This document shows, piece after piece, positions 12,255 to 23,226 of a stretch of DNA of 64,000 nucleotides. The position numbers were made by a program, and so were the translations under genes. This stretch comes from Lama glama (Eukaryota). Positions within the stretch are counted from its first letter, which is position 1. Every line of letters starts with the position of its first letter. Below the pieces are notes generated by a model. That model searched no databases. It worked only from the letters and a program-made list of their open reading frames with translations, and was not told the DNA's origin. The stretch is from assembly GCA_028534125.1 (NCBI GenBank), contig CM052818.1, positions 31,436,001-31,500,000 on the forward strand, written 5' to 3'.

Positions 12255-12704
12255 TCCTGTTTCTGTTTGCCATTCTGCCTGTGACCCCTGTGGTCAGCTC
12301 AAGTCCTGTTTAAAAAGAGCTGTTCTATGCTCAAGTTCAAGCCCACCACTGCAGCTTTCCTTCAGCGGCCTGCCATCTGAAATACAGCGACGAGGGTTCC
12401 CCAGGTGCCCTCCCCACGCCCCAGCATGCCATGTGTCAGACTGGGTGTCTGGTTTCCCTCAGCGCTGTCCTGCAGCTGTATCCGCAGCCTGTGCTGTGGT
12501 CAGAATTAGTTCTGGGTGGGGAGTTGTGCTGTGTCTCTTCCATCTTATTGTGGGTGACCTGCCAGAATATTCCTTCTAAACATCTCATCATGTGAGCCTT
12601 TGGCCTGAAAATAATGACTGGCTCACAAGCTGTACAGCTGAGATAACTAAGGCACAAAACCTTAGAATCTATAAAATCTATATATAAAAAAAGAAGAAAA
12701 AAAC

Positions 12705-12890
12705 AAAAAGAATACTGGACTTAGAACCAGACGATCCAGGTCTGAACCAAAATTTCAAGCTGTGTGACCCTGGGCAAGTAGTGAAAGTCTCAGAACTTCC
12801 CCTTCCTCCACTCAGAGAATGCCTGCCTCCCAGGGATGTGGTGAGAACTGAAAGGAGACCATGCATGTGTGCAAGTGGTCTGCAAACTTC
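12705..12890 (+). mobile_element. MIR SINE
   Basis: gctgtgtgaccctgggcaagt...cagggatgtggtgaga. Confidence 0.7.
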
Positions 12891-13329
12891 CCTAATTCTG
12901 TGATTTCAGCTCACACTTCTCAAAAGAACATGATGAGAAGTGAAGGTGGGAAGGAATTAAGCTACTCTGCAGATAGAAGACTTCTAGGTGTGACGCAGTC
13001 ATCCAGCCAAGACAGGTGAAAACGGATTTTTTTTTTTTAATTAAAAAGTACTCTGAATTGAAACTTAGGATGGTATTAGTATATACTATAAATTTAATAC
13101 AAGTCAATAAAGATTCATTTAACACATACCACATGGCAGTCAACATAGTTGACACCAGAGATACCAAGAAAAACAATTAAAGCAGGGTGGTCTTTTGTTA
13201 CAAAAATAGGGAAAACAGATCCATGCAGAAGCAAAGAGAATCCAGAACTCAGTCTCACTCTGTAAGTGACAAATAAGAGAGTAAGAAACGATTTCTTTAG
13301 CAACTACACTATCCCTGGCCATAAATTTG

Positions 13330-14470
13330 GAAAATGATTTATTTAGGTCAATACTTTATATCATATCATAGAGGAAACTCCAGTTGTGGTAAGAATTATA
13401 TATAAATAGGCAAATTATAGGGCAGAACTACCAAAAATTCAGCATAAAGGCTTTGCCAATTTTGAAGCACTAAAGGAAGTCATCAAGACTGACAGGCACA
13501 AATAAATATTTTAAGAGCTTTAAAATAATGGACAATGTTAACTCTAATATAAAATGCCAAGAGAAGGCTGGAGAAAAATTTTATCAAGCATGGCAAAGAG
13601 TATATGCTGATACTTTATAAGTTACTCATTAAAAACAGAAAACAAAACATTAAGATCTCCATAGGTGAGTGAGAAAAGATGGAAACTAATTCACAAGAGA
13701 AACTATTAGATTGCCTATAAACTGAAAGGAAAAAGTTCATATTTATACTTAAATAAATGTAGATTAAGCAACATTGAAACATCAATTTACATTGTTAAAT
13801 CGGGAGAAATTAAGATAGAATGTGATCTCTAATGCTGGTCAGGTTGCAAGTGACACTGGAGAGCCCTACGTTACTGGTGGCGATCTGAATTGTTATAATC
13901 CATTCTGATAGTAATATGACAATGTATCTCAAAACCCACAAACATATTCGCACCCTTTGAGCTAAACAGTGCCCCCCTAGCAGTTTATCCCAAAGACAGA
14001 AATCAACAAGGAAAAGCTGTATGATCGATGTTGTTTCAGTTTTGTGTAAAAATCAAAATTGATAGTAAATTAAATGCTCACCAAAAAGGCACAGTACAGA
14101 AAAACATGGTGATTATAAAGCCTTAAGAATACTATGCAGGACTATAAATAGAGCATATCCTTTAAAAATTGCGAATCACTATACTGTACACCTATAACCT
14201 ATACAACATTGTATACCAACTATACTTCAATTAAAAATACATCTTGCATAAAAAAGAATACTATGCAGTTATTAAAATAATGATAATAAAAAGCTGATGT
14301 ATAGAAAATGTGTATGATAAAATGACAAAAATGGGAATATGAAATTTAATATTGTATCAATATAGTTATTATAATTGATGTAGAATGAATCGTCTGTTTT
14401 AACAAAACAAGAAGATATGGAAAAGTATGAAAATATTTGTATTAGGGTATTAAGATTGTAACTTTTTCAA
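13330..14470 (+). mobile_element. Ancient L1ME ORF2 end / 3'UTR, highly decayed
   Basis: A-rich plus strand; ttactggtggcgatctgaattgttataatccattctg...accctttga...tttatcccaaag resembles the ORF2 C-terminal region. Confidence 0.65.
14140..14253 (+). mobile_element. Very short L1 3'-end insertion with a perfect 15-bp TSD
   Basis: L1 terminus ccaactatacttcaattaaaaa; TSD aagaatactatgcag at 14125-14139 and 14254-14268; TT/AAGA endonuclease site. Confidence 0.9.
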
Positions 14471-15079
14471 TTAAAAAAGTTTCCCTAATTTTGCTGTATT
14501 GATTTTTATTTTGGAAAAAAAATACGAAAAAGAAGAAAAAACCTCCTCATTTTGATTGAACTTAAATTCTGGGTATATTCCTAGCCCAACTCTTGCTACA
14601 TCTATTTTGACCTGCTCCTTGTAGACAGATCCCCCCTCGCCCATCCCCAATTCTACTAGGGGCAAAGTCCAAATTCCTGGCTGCCAAGTGGCTTTCTGAT
14701 GTAGATTTTTGTGTCAACACTACCTTGGCAGAAAGCAGGGTAGAAATGAAAGAAATGTTTTCTTCCAGTCACAGTGGCTCCCAGATTTCCTCTTTGTGTT
14801 CTAGAACAGCATCTCTCTTGGCCCCACCGTGCCCACTGAGAACACACACCTTCACCTCCTGGACTGCACTCAGCTCTTTCACTAGAGTGAGAGGAAGGCA
14901 AAGACTAGCTGACAGCAAGTACACAGTCTCCACGTCTGTAACTAATTGGAATGGCTGAAAGAGACTACCAGAGGGAATGAAGTGCTTTCCTTCATTCCTC
15001 TCCCCTTCCATTTTCTAGTCCCCTTCTTAGGACCACCCCCAAGTCTCTGTTCTTTTCTGTAGGCTGACCCTATTTTCAC

Positions 15080-15410
15080 TTGCAACTCAAGTCAGCATCT
15101 TTTAGTGCCACACACGGTTCCAAGCCCATGGCTTACAAAGATAAGTCATGGCCCCTGGTTTCAAGGAACTTGACATCCAGTGGGAAGACAGATATTAAGC
15201 CCAAATTTTCCCTATTTAAATATGCTGAGTCCCAAGTCTGACATCTGAGAAACATAAAGAGGATGCAGGCCCAATCTGGAAATTCAGAGATGTTGTGAGT
15301 CAGGGTTTGCTAGACAAAGAAGGGCAAGGTGGGATCAGGTAGGGTGGGGTGGGAGGATGTGGAGGATGCTGGAGACAGAGGCAACAGCATTAGCTAAGAC
15401 CAGCCTGAAC
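15080..15410 (-). mobile_element. L2 fragment
   Basis: ggcccctggtttcaaggaacttgacatccagtgggaagacagat antisense L2 pattern. Confidence 0.6.
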
Positions 15411-15992
15411 AATGCGAGCATGGTGGGCTTAAGGAGAAGTAATTTTCAGCTCTCCGCTGCTTTTAAAAAAGCAAGTTATTTCAGTGTCAGAGACAGGATC
15501 CACTCCTTTTCATCGTCCAGGTCTGCTAGAGAAGCTCTTCTCTCCAACATCACTCTTGGGGACCCCTGATCCTTGGTCCACCCTTTCACTTCTGTTCTCC
15601 TCCTTACTGCTTCGTCACTGCTCTTTACTTCTCTACTCTCCCTAAGAGTCCCTGCCTTTGCTACCTCTTCATCTCTTCCCCACATTTACCTTCCCACCAG
15701 CCTTCAGTCCCCTGTCTGTCCCTGGATTGAGGCAGGGCTAGGGAGGGGGAAGAATTCTCTATGAAGCTGCTTCCATTGTCAATGCTGAGTAATCATTTAC
15801 AGGCAAGAAATGGTTCTCCTTTTTGCTTAATTTATGACAGATTCTAATAAGATGCATCCATGGATGGAGAGCTCTAAAGTCAGCTCACCTCTTCCTATTT
15901 GTCCATGTGCTCTGCTTACCAAAAACAACCTGTGAGATTTACTTTCTAACTATCTTTGTTTTACACTATTAGTTTAAAAGTCCATGTGGTTT

Positions 15993-16308
15993 TCAAGGGA
16001 TTTTTAGGGCAATGAAATTATTCTGTATGTTACTACAGTGGTGGCTACATGTCATCATGCATCTCTCAAAACCCATAGAATGTATAACATCAAGAGTGAA
16101 CCCTAATGTAAACTATGGACTTTGGCTGATAATAATGCACCCATGTTGGTTCATCGATTGTACCAGATATGCCACACTGATAAGGGATGTTGAGCATAGA
16201 GGAGTATATAAGTGTGGGTGGGGAGGGCTATGTGTGAATTCTCTGTATTTTCTGCTCAATTCTGCTGCGAACCTGAAACTGCTCTAAAAGAATAAAGTGT
16301 ATTTAAAA
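15993..16308 (+). mobile_element. L1MC1-like 3' end with a 17-bp TSD
   Basis: aaaacccatagaatgt...gagtgaaccctaatgtaaactatggactttgg...actgctctaaaa.aataaag; TSD aaaagtccatgtggttt at 15976-15992 and 16309-16325. Confidence 0.9.
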
Positions 16309-16532
16309 AAAAGTCCATGTGGTTTCCACTTGTAAAAGTGTGCTAACTTTGGATGCTGTTAAGTTCTCCTGGAATGGATTCTGAGGTGTGTAGGGAAAAA
16401 TCAGACTGATGTAATTGCTATATTTAAGAAAAAAATCTTTGTATTATCAAGTTTTGTATATCCCAGGAGTGAACAAATAACCTATTTCAGCTGATGAGTT
16501 CAAGAAATTAACTCTGTAAAATATGAATGAGG

Positions 16533-17800
16533 AACGGATTTCCAACAAGAGTGTGAGGCTATTCAGTAGGGAAAGAATAGTTTTTTGAACAAGTGGTGTT
16601 GAAACAAATAGCTATCCACATGCAACGGAATGAGTTTGGACTCCTACCTCACACCATACACAATACCTAACTGAAAGCAAACCGAAGACTTAAATATAAA
16701 AGTCAAAGCCATAAAACTCTTAAAAGGAAATATGGGTATAAATCTTCAGGACCCTGGATTAGGCAATGGTTTCTTAGATATGACATTGAAAGCACAAACA
16801 ACAAAAGAAAAAGAAGATGCATTGGACTTCATCAAAATTAGAAACTTTTGATCCTCAAAGGGTACTATCAAGAAACTGGAAAGACAACCCACAGAGTGGG
16901 AGAACATACTTGTAGGTCACATATCTGGTAAGAGTCTAGTATCCAGAACATGTAAAGAATTCTTACAACTCACTAAAAAAAGACAAACAATTCAATTTTA
17001 GAATGAGTAATGGATGCAGACATTTCATCAAGGGAGATACACAAATGCTCAGTAAGCCCCTGACAAGGTGCACAACCTCATTAGTCATTAGAGAAAATTC
17101 AACTCAAAACCACAGTAAGATACCATTTCACACCCGTGAAGATAGCTATAATAAAAACTGGAAACAAAACAACAACAACAGAAGGAAAGAAAATAGTAAG
17201 TATTGGCAAGGATGTGAAGAAACTGGAGCCCTCATGTATTGTTGGTGGGAATGCAAGATGGTGCAATTGCTTTGGAAATGTTTGGCAGTTCCTCAAAATG
17301 TTAAATATAGAATTACCATATGACCCACCAATTCCTCTCATAGGAAACATATGTCTACCCAAAAACATGTAAACAAAGATTCACAGCAGTGTTATTCATA
17401 ATAGCTCAAAAGTAGAAACAAACCAAATGTTCATCAACTGATGACTAGATAAACAAGATGTACTGACAACATGCCACACTATGGATGAACCTTGAAAACA
17501 TCATGTTACGAGAGAAGCCAGATACAAAAGGCCACATACTGTATGACTCCATTTATATGAAATGTCCAGAACAGGCAAATCCATAGAGATGAAAGATTAT
17601 TGTGGTTCCTGGGGGCTGGGGGAGGGGACAATAGGAAGTGATTATTTAATTGCCATAGGATCTCTTTCGAGGATGACAAAGAATTTGGTATTTGTGGTTT
17701 TGTTTGGCAACATTGTGACTATATTAAAAACCACCACACTCTATAAAGTGATTAAAATGGTGACTTTTATGCTACATAAATTTTATCTCAAAAAAAAAAA
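16533..17800 (+). mobile_element. L1MB-like ORF2 3' part and 3'UTR with poly(A)
   Basis: ORF 17003..17323 contains WQGCEETGALMYCWWECKMVQLLWK (ORF2 Cys-rich region); poly(A) 17790-17801; TSD-like aaaatatgaatgagg (16518-16532) / aaaataagaatgagg (17798-17812). Confidence 0.92.
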
Positions 17801-17810
17801 ATAAGAATGA

Positions 17811-17912
17811 GGCAGAGGAATAGTTCAGTGGTAGAGAGCATGCTTAGCATGCATGAGGTCCTGGGTTCAATCCCCAGTACCTCCATTTCAAAAGAAAAAA
17901 AAAAGAAAAAAA
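17811..17912 (+). mobile_element. tRNA-derived SINE (camelid Vic-1-like)
   Basis: A box tagttcagtgg 17821-17831, B box ggttcaatcc 17864-17873, A-rich tail. Confidence 0.9.
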
Positions 17913-18019
17913 TCAGGAGGGTCCTTTCTACGTCACTGCTCTGGTTTTAAGCTAGCATTTGGGACTCCACGGAGACCATAAGTGACATCATTTGATTTGA
18001 CAAGCACTTTTTATGCGAG

Positions 18020-18345
18020 CTTCCAGGAGTGGGTGGGAAATATTATGAATCAAACACAGGCTCTGTCCTTATGGTGCTCATACCCTGTTGGAGAATACAG
18101 ACACATACTTCACTAACTAGAACACAAATCAGAAGATAATAAGCATCACAGTGGAGAGAGACGGTTCTGCTGGAACACAAGGGAAGAAGTGATTCATTCA
18201 GCCCAAAGAAAGCCTTGCAGAAGACGAAATATTCAAACTGGGTTTTAAAGGATGAATAGGAGTTTGACAAGCAGAGAAGGTGGTACATTCTAGGCAGAGA
18301 GACCAACTTGAACAAAGGCCTGGAGTTGAATGAAGCATTCAAAGA
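18020..18345 (-). mobile_element. L2 fragment
   Basis: ggttttaaaggatgaataggagtttgacaagcagagaagg...cattctaggcagagagacc...aaaggcctggag. Confidence 0.75.
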
Positions 18346-21300
18346 CACACCAGATGGCACAATTTGAGCTATGGTTTTTCTCTTCTTCTAGTATTCTGCC
18401 ACTGCTTTTTATTAAACATCACAACCATGTCCACTTTAATACTTGGTTCCTGCCTCACAGAACATGAAACTTGGATTTTAAAACAGAGAAACATAAATGT
18501 GGATCTTGAGCCTTGGTGGGGTTTTGCAGGGTTCCCCAAGTTCCCTTGCTCTGTCCACATCCTCCATGTGGTTGTCTGAGCCCCTGGACCCTATTTGGCA
18601 TTCTGCTGCCCTCTGTTTCTCCAACTCAAGAACCCATCATGGCTGTAACGTCTGGCTCCAACCATCTGCTAGATGGATGAGCCCTTGTTCCCTCTTGAAA
18701 GTGTTCTTGCTTGAATGGTGGCTTCTTCACTCCAGCCCTGCCCTCCCTCTGCTGCATCCAGAGGAGAAAACAGGGAGGAGGAAACGAGAGGCCCATCACA
18801 TTCCCTCGGGAAGAGTCATCCCATCTGGCTCCTTCGGCAGCTGCTTTATTTGGCTTTTATTTGGATTGTGAACCCATTGCTTTGGTGAAAATGGGAAAAC
18901 AAGCACTGAGAACAAGTGCTCTTGTAGGGGGAGTTTGGTGCTTAATGAATTATTCAGCAAGAAGTGCTAAGCACAAAGCATTCTGGAAGGAAAGACATTT
19001 TCAGTATGGAGCCCCGAGACCCCCAATACTTCCCACATGAGCAGCTAACACAATGGTCCTCCTGAGTGTATATAACTGATATTTGCTCCCTGATACACTA
19101 AGCATAAGCCTGGTTTATTGTGTTTACAATTTTGTATCTGCAGAGCATAACTATTCATAGCCAACAAGAGTGCACTGGACAGTGGAGGCATCTCTGAACA
19201 GGCTTTTCCCTAAAGCCAGGAATAATCCCCTGCACCAGAGAACCAGTCTGCTGTGTTCCCAAGCCTCATATGCTTGGGGGAGATCAGGACACGGAGACAT
19301 CTGGTCTCGGGCAGCTTTGCTCAGGATAGAATATTGTTCTCCCCAGGGGGGATCTTGTTAGCAAATTCAGTCAGTGTGCCTGCCTGAGACCCTGGGCAGG
19401 GAGTTGGGGACCAGGCAGCCTTGTAAGTATGCTCCCCCAAAATCCTGATAAAAAGAAATGTAGATTTAAGACTGACTTCTTCTTGAACCAGCTGATAATT
19501 TTTTTTTTTTTTACCAACTTCAATTCCATTGTCTCCAGTTCTCTGAGGCATGCACACTCTGACAGTGGAGACAAGGAACAGATGTGCAGTGGAAGGGTCA
19601 GTCTGTACTGGTCTGGGCGAGGGAAGGGCGGGGGGGGGAAGCGGGCCTGAATGTCATTATTTGGAGAGGTCAGGGGGTTAGTGACAGTGGCAAGGAACAG
19701 ATTTTTCCAGCCGCTTTCAGGCTGAGATTTGCACTGCATAATCTGAATGCTTTTATCTGTTTCTGAAAATAGACAGGAATTTTTTCCACAGGCTGCTCCA
19801 ATCTGGCTGTGGAGAAGTGAGGGAGGACTGCCAGGAGACAGTTGTATGTGGTCCAGTAAGTAGGTTGGGTGACCCCCACCCCACCCCCTCAACTAGCCCT
19901 GCTCCATCTTGGTTCTTGAGCCACATTATCTTAACATCCCTTGAAGTAGGGAGTCAAAAATGCTGGAAATACTTTCCATGCTGAATTTTGTCTAGCTTCT
20001 GATCTATTGAGCTACCACATCTTACTTTTACTTAAAGATGTAGGATGCATGGTCTCTGTAAAGTCAGAAGTACCTGTTCAGAGGGAATGATCACCTGAGT
20101 CTTTACAGAACGACCGACGTGAGAAACATAACTGAGACAGAAAGAAGAACATGGTTTGATCAAAAATTATAGTTTATGGTTATTAGCCATGCCACAAATC
20201 ATATTCTCCACCTTTGTCCTGCATTTAGACTACAAAGAAGCATCACAAATTATCTACAAAGATCCTCTGGAAAGTCAACTCTGGATTAAATCAGACTCCG
20301 TCTCTCAGCAGCTGGTCCCTCTCATCTCAGATCAAAAGGATCTTGAACCTTCTAAGTGAACCGCTGTCATGCAAACAGCAGGGGAATCTCTAATATTATT
20401 TACAGAGCATTTTCTTTTTTTTTTCCCATTTATGTATTGGTTTCTCCTTGTTGCAAGCCTATCTTATAAATATGGAAACCAAGACAGAGGAACGAAATAA
20501 AAAAAAAAGAGTTTAGGATCACGTGGAGAGTCAGAGGTGGAACTGGAAATAAGATGAGAGCCTTTTAACCCACAGATCAATGTATCTAGATATTGCCTCT
20601 ACCTTTTCCAACAATCCTTTATGATTGCATTCACCCCTGTACCAAGAAGAAATTATCTGAGCTGAGCATGCAGTAAAGCATGCCAATTTCATTGGTTTCT
20701 CATCCTGGAGAGTTTCTTTCTCCCAGAGGAAAGTGGTACCAGTCTTGGAGGCTGGGGCCTCTTTGAAAGTTTCCTCCAAAGTAAACCTTATTGTGAATGG
20801 AAGCAAGAGGAGAGTGCCAGATTATTCTGGAATGCTGCCAATGTCTCGTGTCTCTGGGACTCCTCTGCTGTCCTTATGACCAAAGAACCCCAAGGCTAAC
20901 TCAGATATGTGAGGAGGAAAGAGAAAGAGCAGGAATAAGAACTCTCACAGTCACCACTGCAGGCTGAGGTCTCTTCTGTTGAAAGCTCTGCCTAGCAACT
21001 GCAATTTGTGCGTCAATTTCTTAATGATGTAGTTCTTTCAGCTCCAGACCCTGCTGAGCATCAAGTGGAATGTCTCCTTTGTCAGCCCCCTAGGACCCCC
21101 ACACCTGGCACCACAGTATCATGAAGATCGCTGCAGTTGTGGGAAGGTGATTCCAAGCTGCCGTGTGTATAACGCTGTGAGTCCCCCCAGTTTTGCTAGT
21201 CACCCGATTATCAAGGAGAAGAAAGAATGAGAAGATGAAGAGATCAGAGGGAAGTCAAAGAGTGATTGGGGAGAGGGACTGGAAAGATGAAAAAAGAAAG

Positions 21301-23216
21301 ATGGAGACAAACATAATGGGGAGGTAGGCAATGGATTTTGAAAGCAACAAGGAAAGTCAAAGGGAAAAGGGGAAAGGTTTAACAGAGAGATGAGAACATA
21401 CAGAGGTGCCTGTGCCTCCCACATCACAAAGCTCGTGACGGAGCTGGACAAATGGCCTAACCCTCCCGAGGACTTTCAAGCACGACCAAACATAGAGCTT
21501 CAAAGGAAAGAAAAGCAGAAGTTGGTTGGTTTCACATCCTTGGAAAACAAGTGGGCTGGCTTCTGACTCATCCTACTCTGCAAGCACCCAGTGCACACAG
21601 AAGCTTTCAGATGAGATCATCTGAGCATCACTTGTAAAAGACTGACTTGGTGGCATATGGGGCCAGGTGCTTTAGCAACATTCTTCCTTGCTTTTCCCAG
21701 TACAGCTAGAGGTGGTTAGCATTGCAGCTCTTCTATAATAAATAATTTTATTGACAGGAAGAATGAAGTATGGGTTGCAATGGATGTAAACTAGTGACAG
21801 AGCTGGGACTGGGGCACCTGGCTCCCAGGCAGCTCTGCTACCTCCTCACCTGCCTGCCTGTTTGTACAGGTGATGCTAATTGTCCTTGAACACAGTCAAG
21901 TGCATTTTTCCTGCTAAATTACCAAGTGGACAGTACATCTTTGTGATAACTCTTCAGAGGAAAAGATACAGGTAAAAATAAATGAGCCAGCTGTCTCCCC
22001 CCTTATTCCTCCCTTGTCCTCTTACTTCCCCAGGTCGTGACGCTAAGCAGATAACCCTCCCCCATCTCTTGGGTGCTACAGAGAGACTCCTGGGTACAAT
22101 GTGCTGGTGACTCCCTCAAGCCTTAACATGCCCTTTCCTCCTTTCCTGGGAGGACACAGCGACAGGGACCTGCCACAGTGGGATGCTTTGTCCAGTAGCC
22201 TTGGCTTGTGGGAAGCCACCCAATGGCCATGGGGGAAGTCGTCTACACCCTCCCTGCCGCTAAGAAGGTTCAAAACTGGCCAGAACCACTGGGACAGCTG
22301 AGCTATTAATGGAAAGTTAATCAACTCTGAGGCCCTGTGAGGCCCACGTAGTATAAACGACATTTCCGTGGACCACGCAGCACATCTGGAGAGCCTTGTG
22401 GAAAAAAGGAAGGGAGGCATTAGCCTCATCCTGGACTGTTCACGTTAGGATCAGGATGGCCAGCTTGTGCACCGCTTTCAGGGCTGAGAGCTCTGCAGAC
22501 AAATCAGGAGGGCAGGGTATTTAAGATCTTGCCTCAGGGCTGAGTTCAAGTTAGGCTCTCCTTCCCTTCAGCTAGAGGGAGAGGGCCAGAAATGGGTGAA
22601 AAGGAAGGGAAACCTCTATTCTGCCCCTTGCCGAAAGGAGTCTCTCTCCGTGCCCAGGTGAAATTTTGTGATATTGAAAAATGGGTGTGTAAGTGCTGGC
22701 TGGGGCAGAGTCCATTTCCTAGATGCCAGCGCAGAGGGTCCAGGTGGCCCGTCCTTCTTCATCTGGGCAAGGAGGACTTCACATTGGCCAGATGTTCTCA
22801 AGGCTATAATAGCAAAGCCAAGGGCACCTACAGGCTCCCAACATCCTGCCGAGTCTAGGACGTGGGCTGCTTTGCTCTTCACCCAGGAGTCTCCTGTGTG
22901 CCTCTGGAAGGGCAGGTCAGATCCCCCGGGGCTGGGCAGGGGTGCTTTCTGAGCCCAGGGTCTTTCTCATTGTTCAACAACCCCCCCCACGATTACCACC
23001 ATGCTCAGTTTTCCTTCTTCATGCTCACATAAGGGGCCCGGCTCAGGGATGCAGTTTGGGAAGAAGGCTGCCTGCCCACCCCTCCTTTTTCTTACACACG
23101 CACACGCACACGCACGCACGCCTGCAAGATCTCTACTCCTGACTGACTCTATCAGCCCAGCCTCATTTCCTTCCACGGCAGGGCCCTTGGAGCCCAGCAG
23201 CGAGCTGGTGTGCGCT

Positions 23217-23226
23217 CTAAAAATAA
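23217..23226. promoter_or_regulatory. MEF2 site CTAAAAATAA
   Basis: Exact YTA(W)4TAR match; context CGCTCTAAAAATAACCGTGTCC. Confidence 0.45.

Noticed and set aside
17811..17885. tRNA gene (A and B boxes present)
   Set aside because: A-rich tail and several diverged copies in the window identify it as a tRNA-derived SINE
18347..18360. CTCF-like ACACCAGATGGCAC
   Set aside because: Mismatch at a strongly conserved core C, at the edge of an L2; not supportable without ChIP data
21994..22040. Strong splice-acceptor-like tract ending ccccag|GT
   Set aside because: No convincing downstream donor or reading frame; similar tracts at ~25728 and ~38118 are expected by chance
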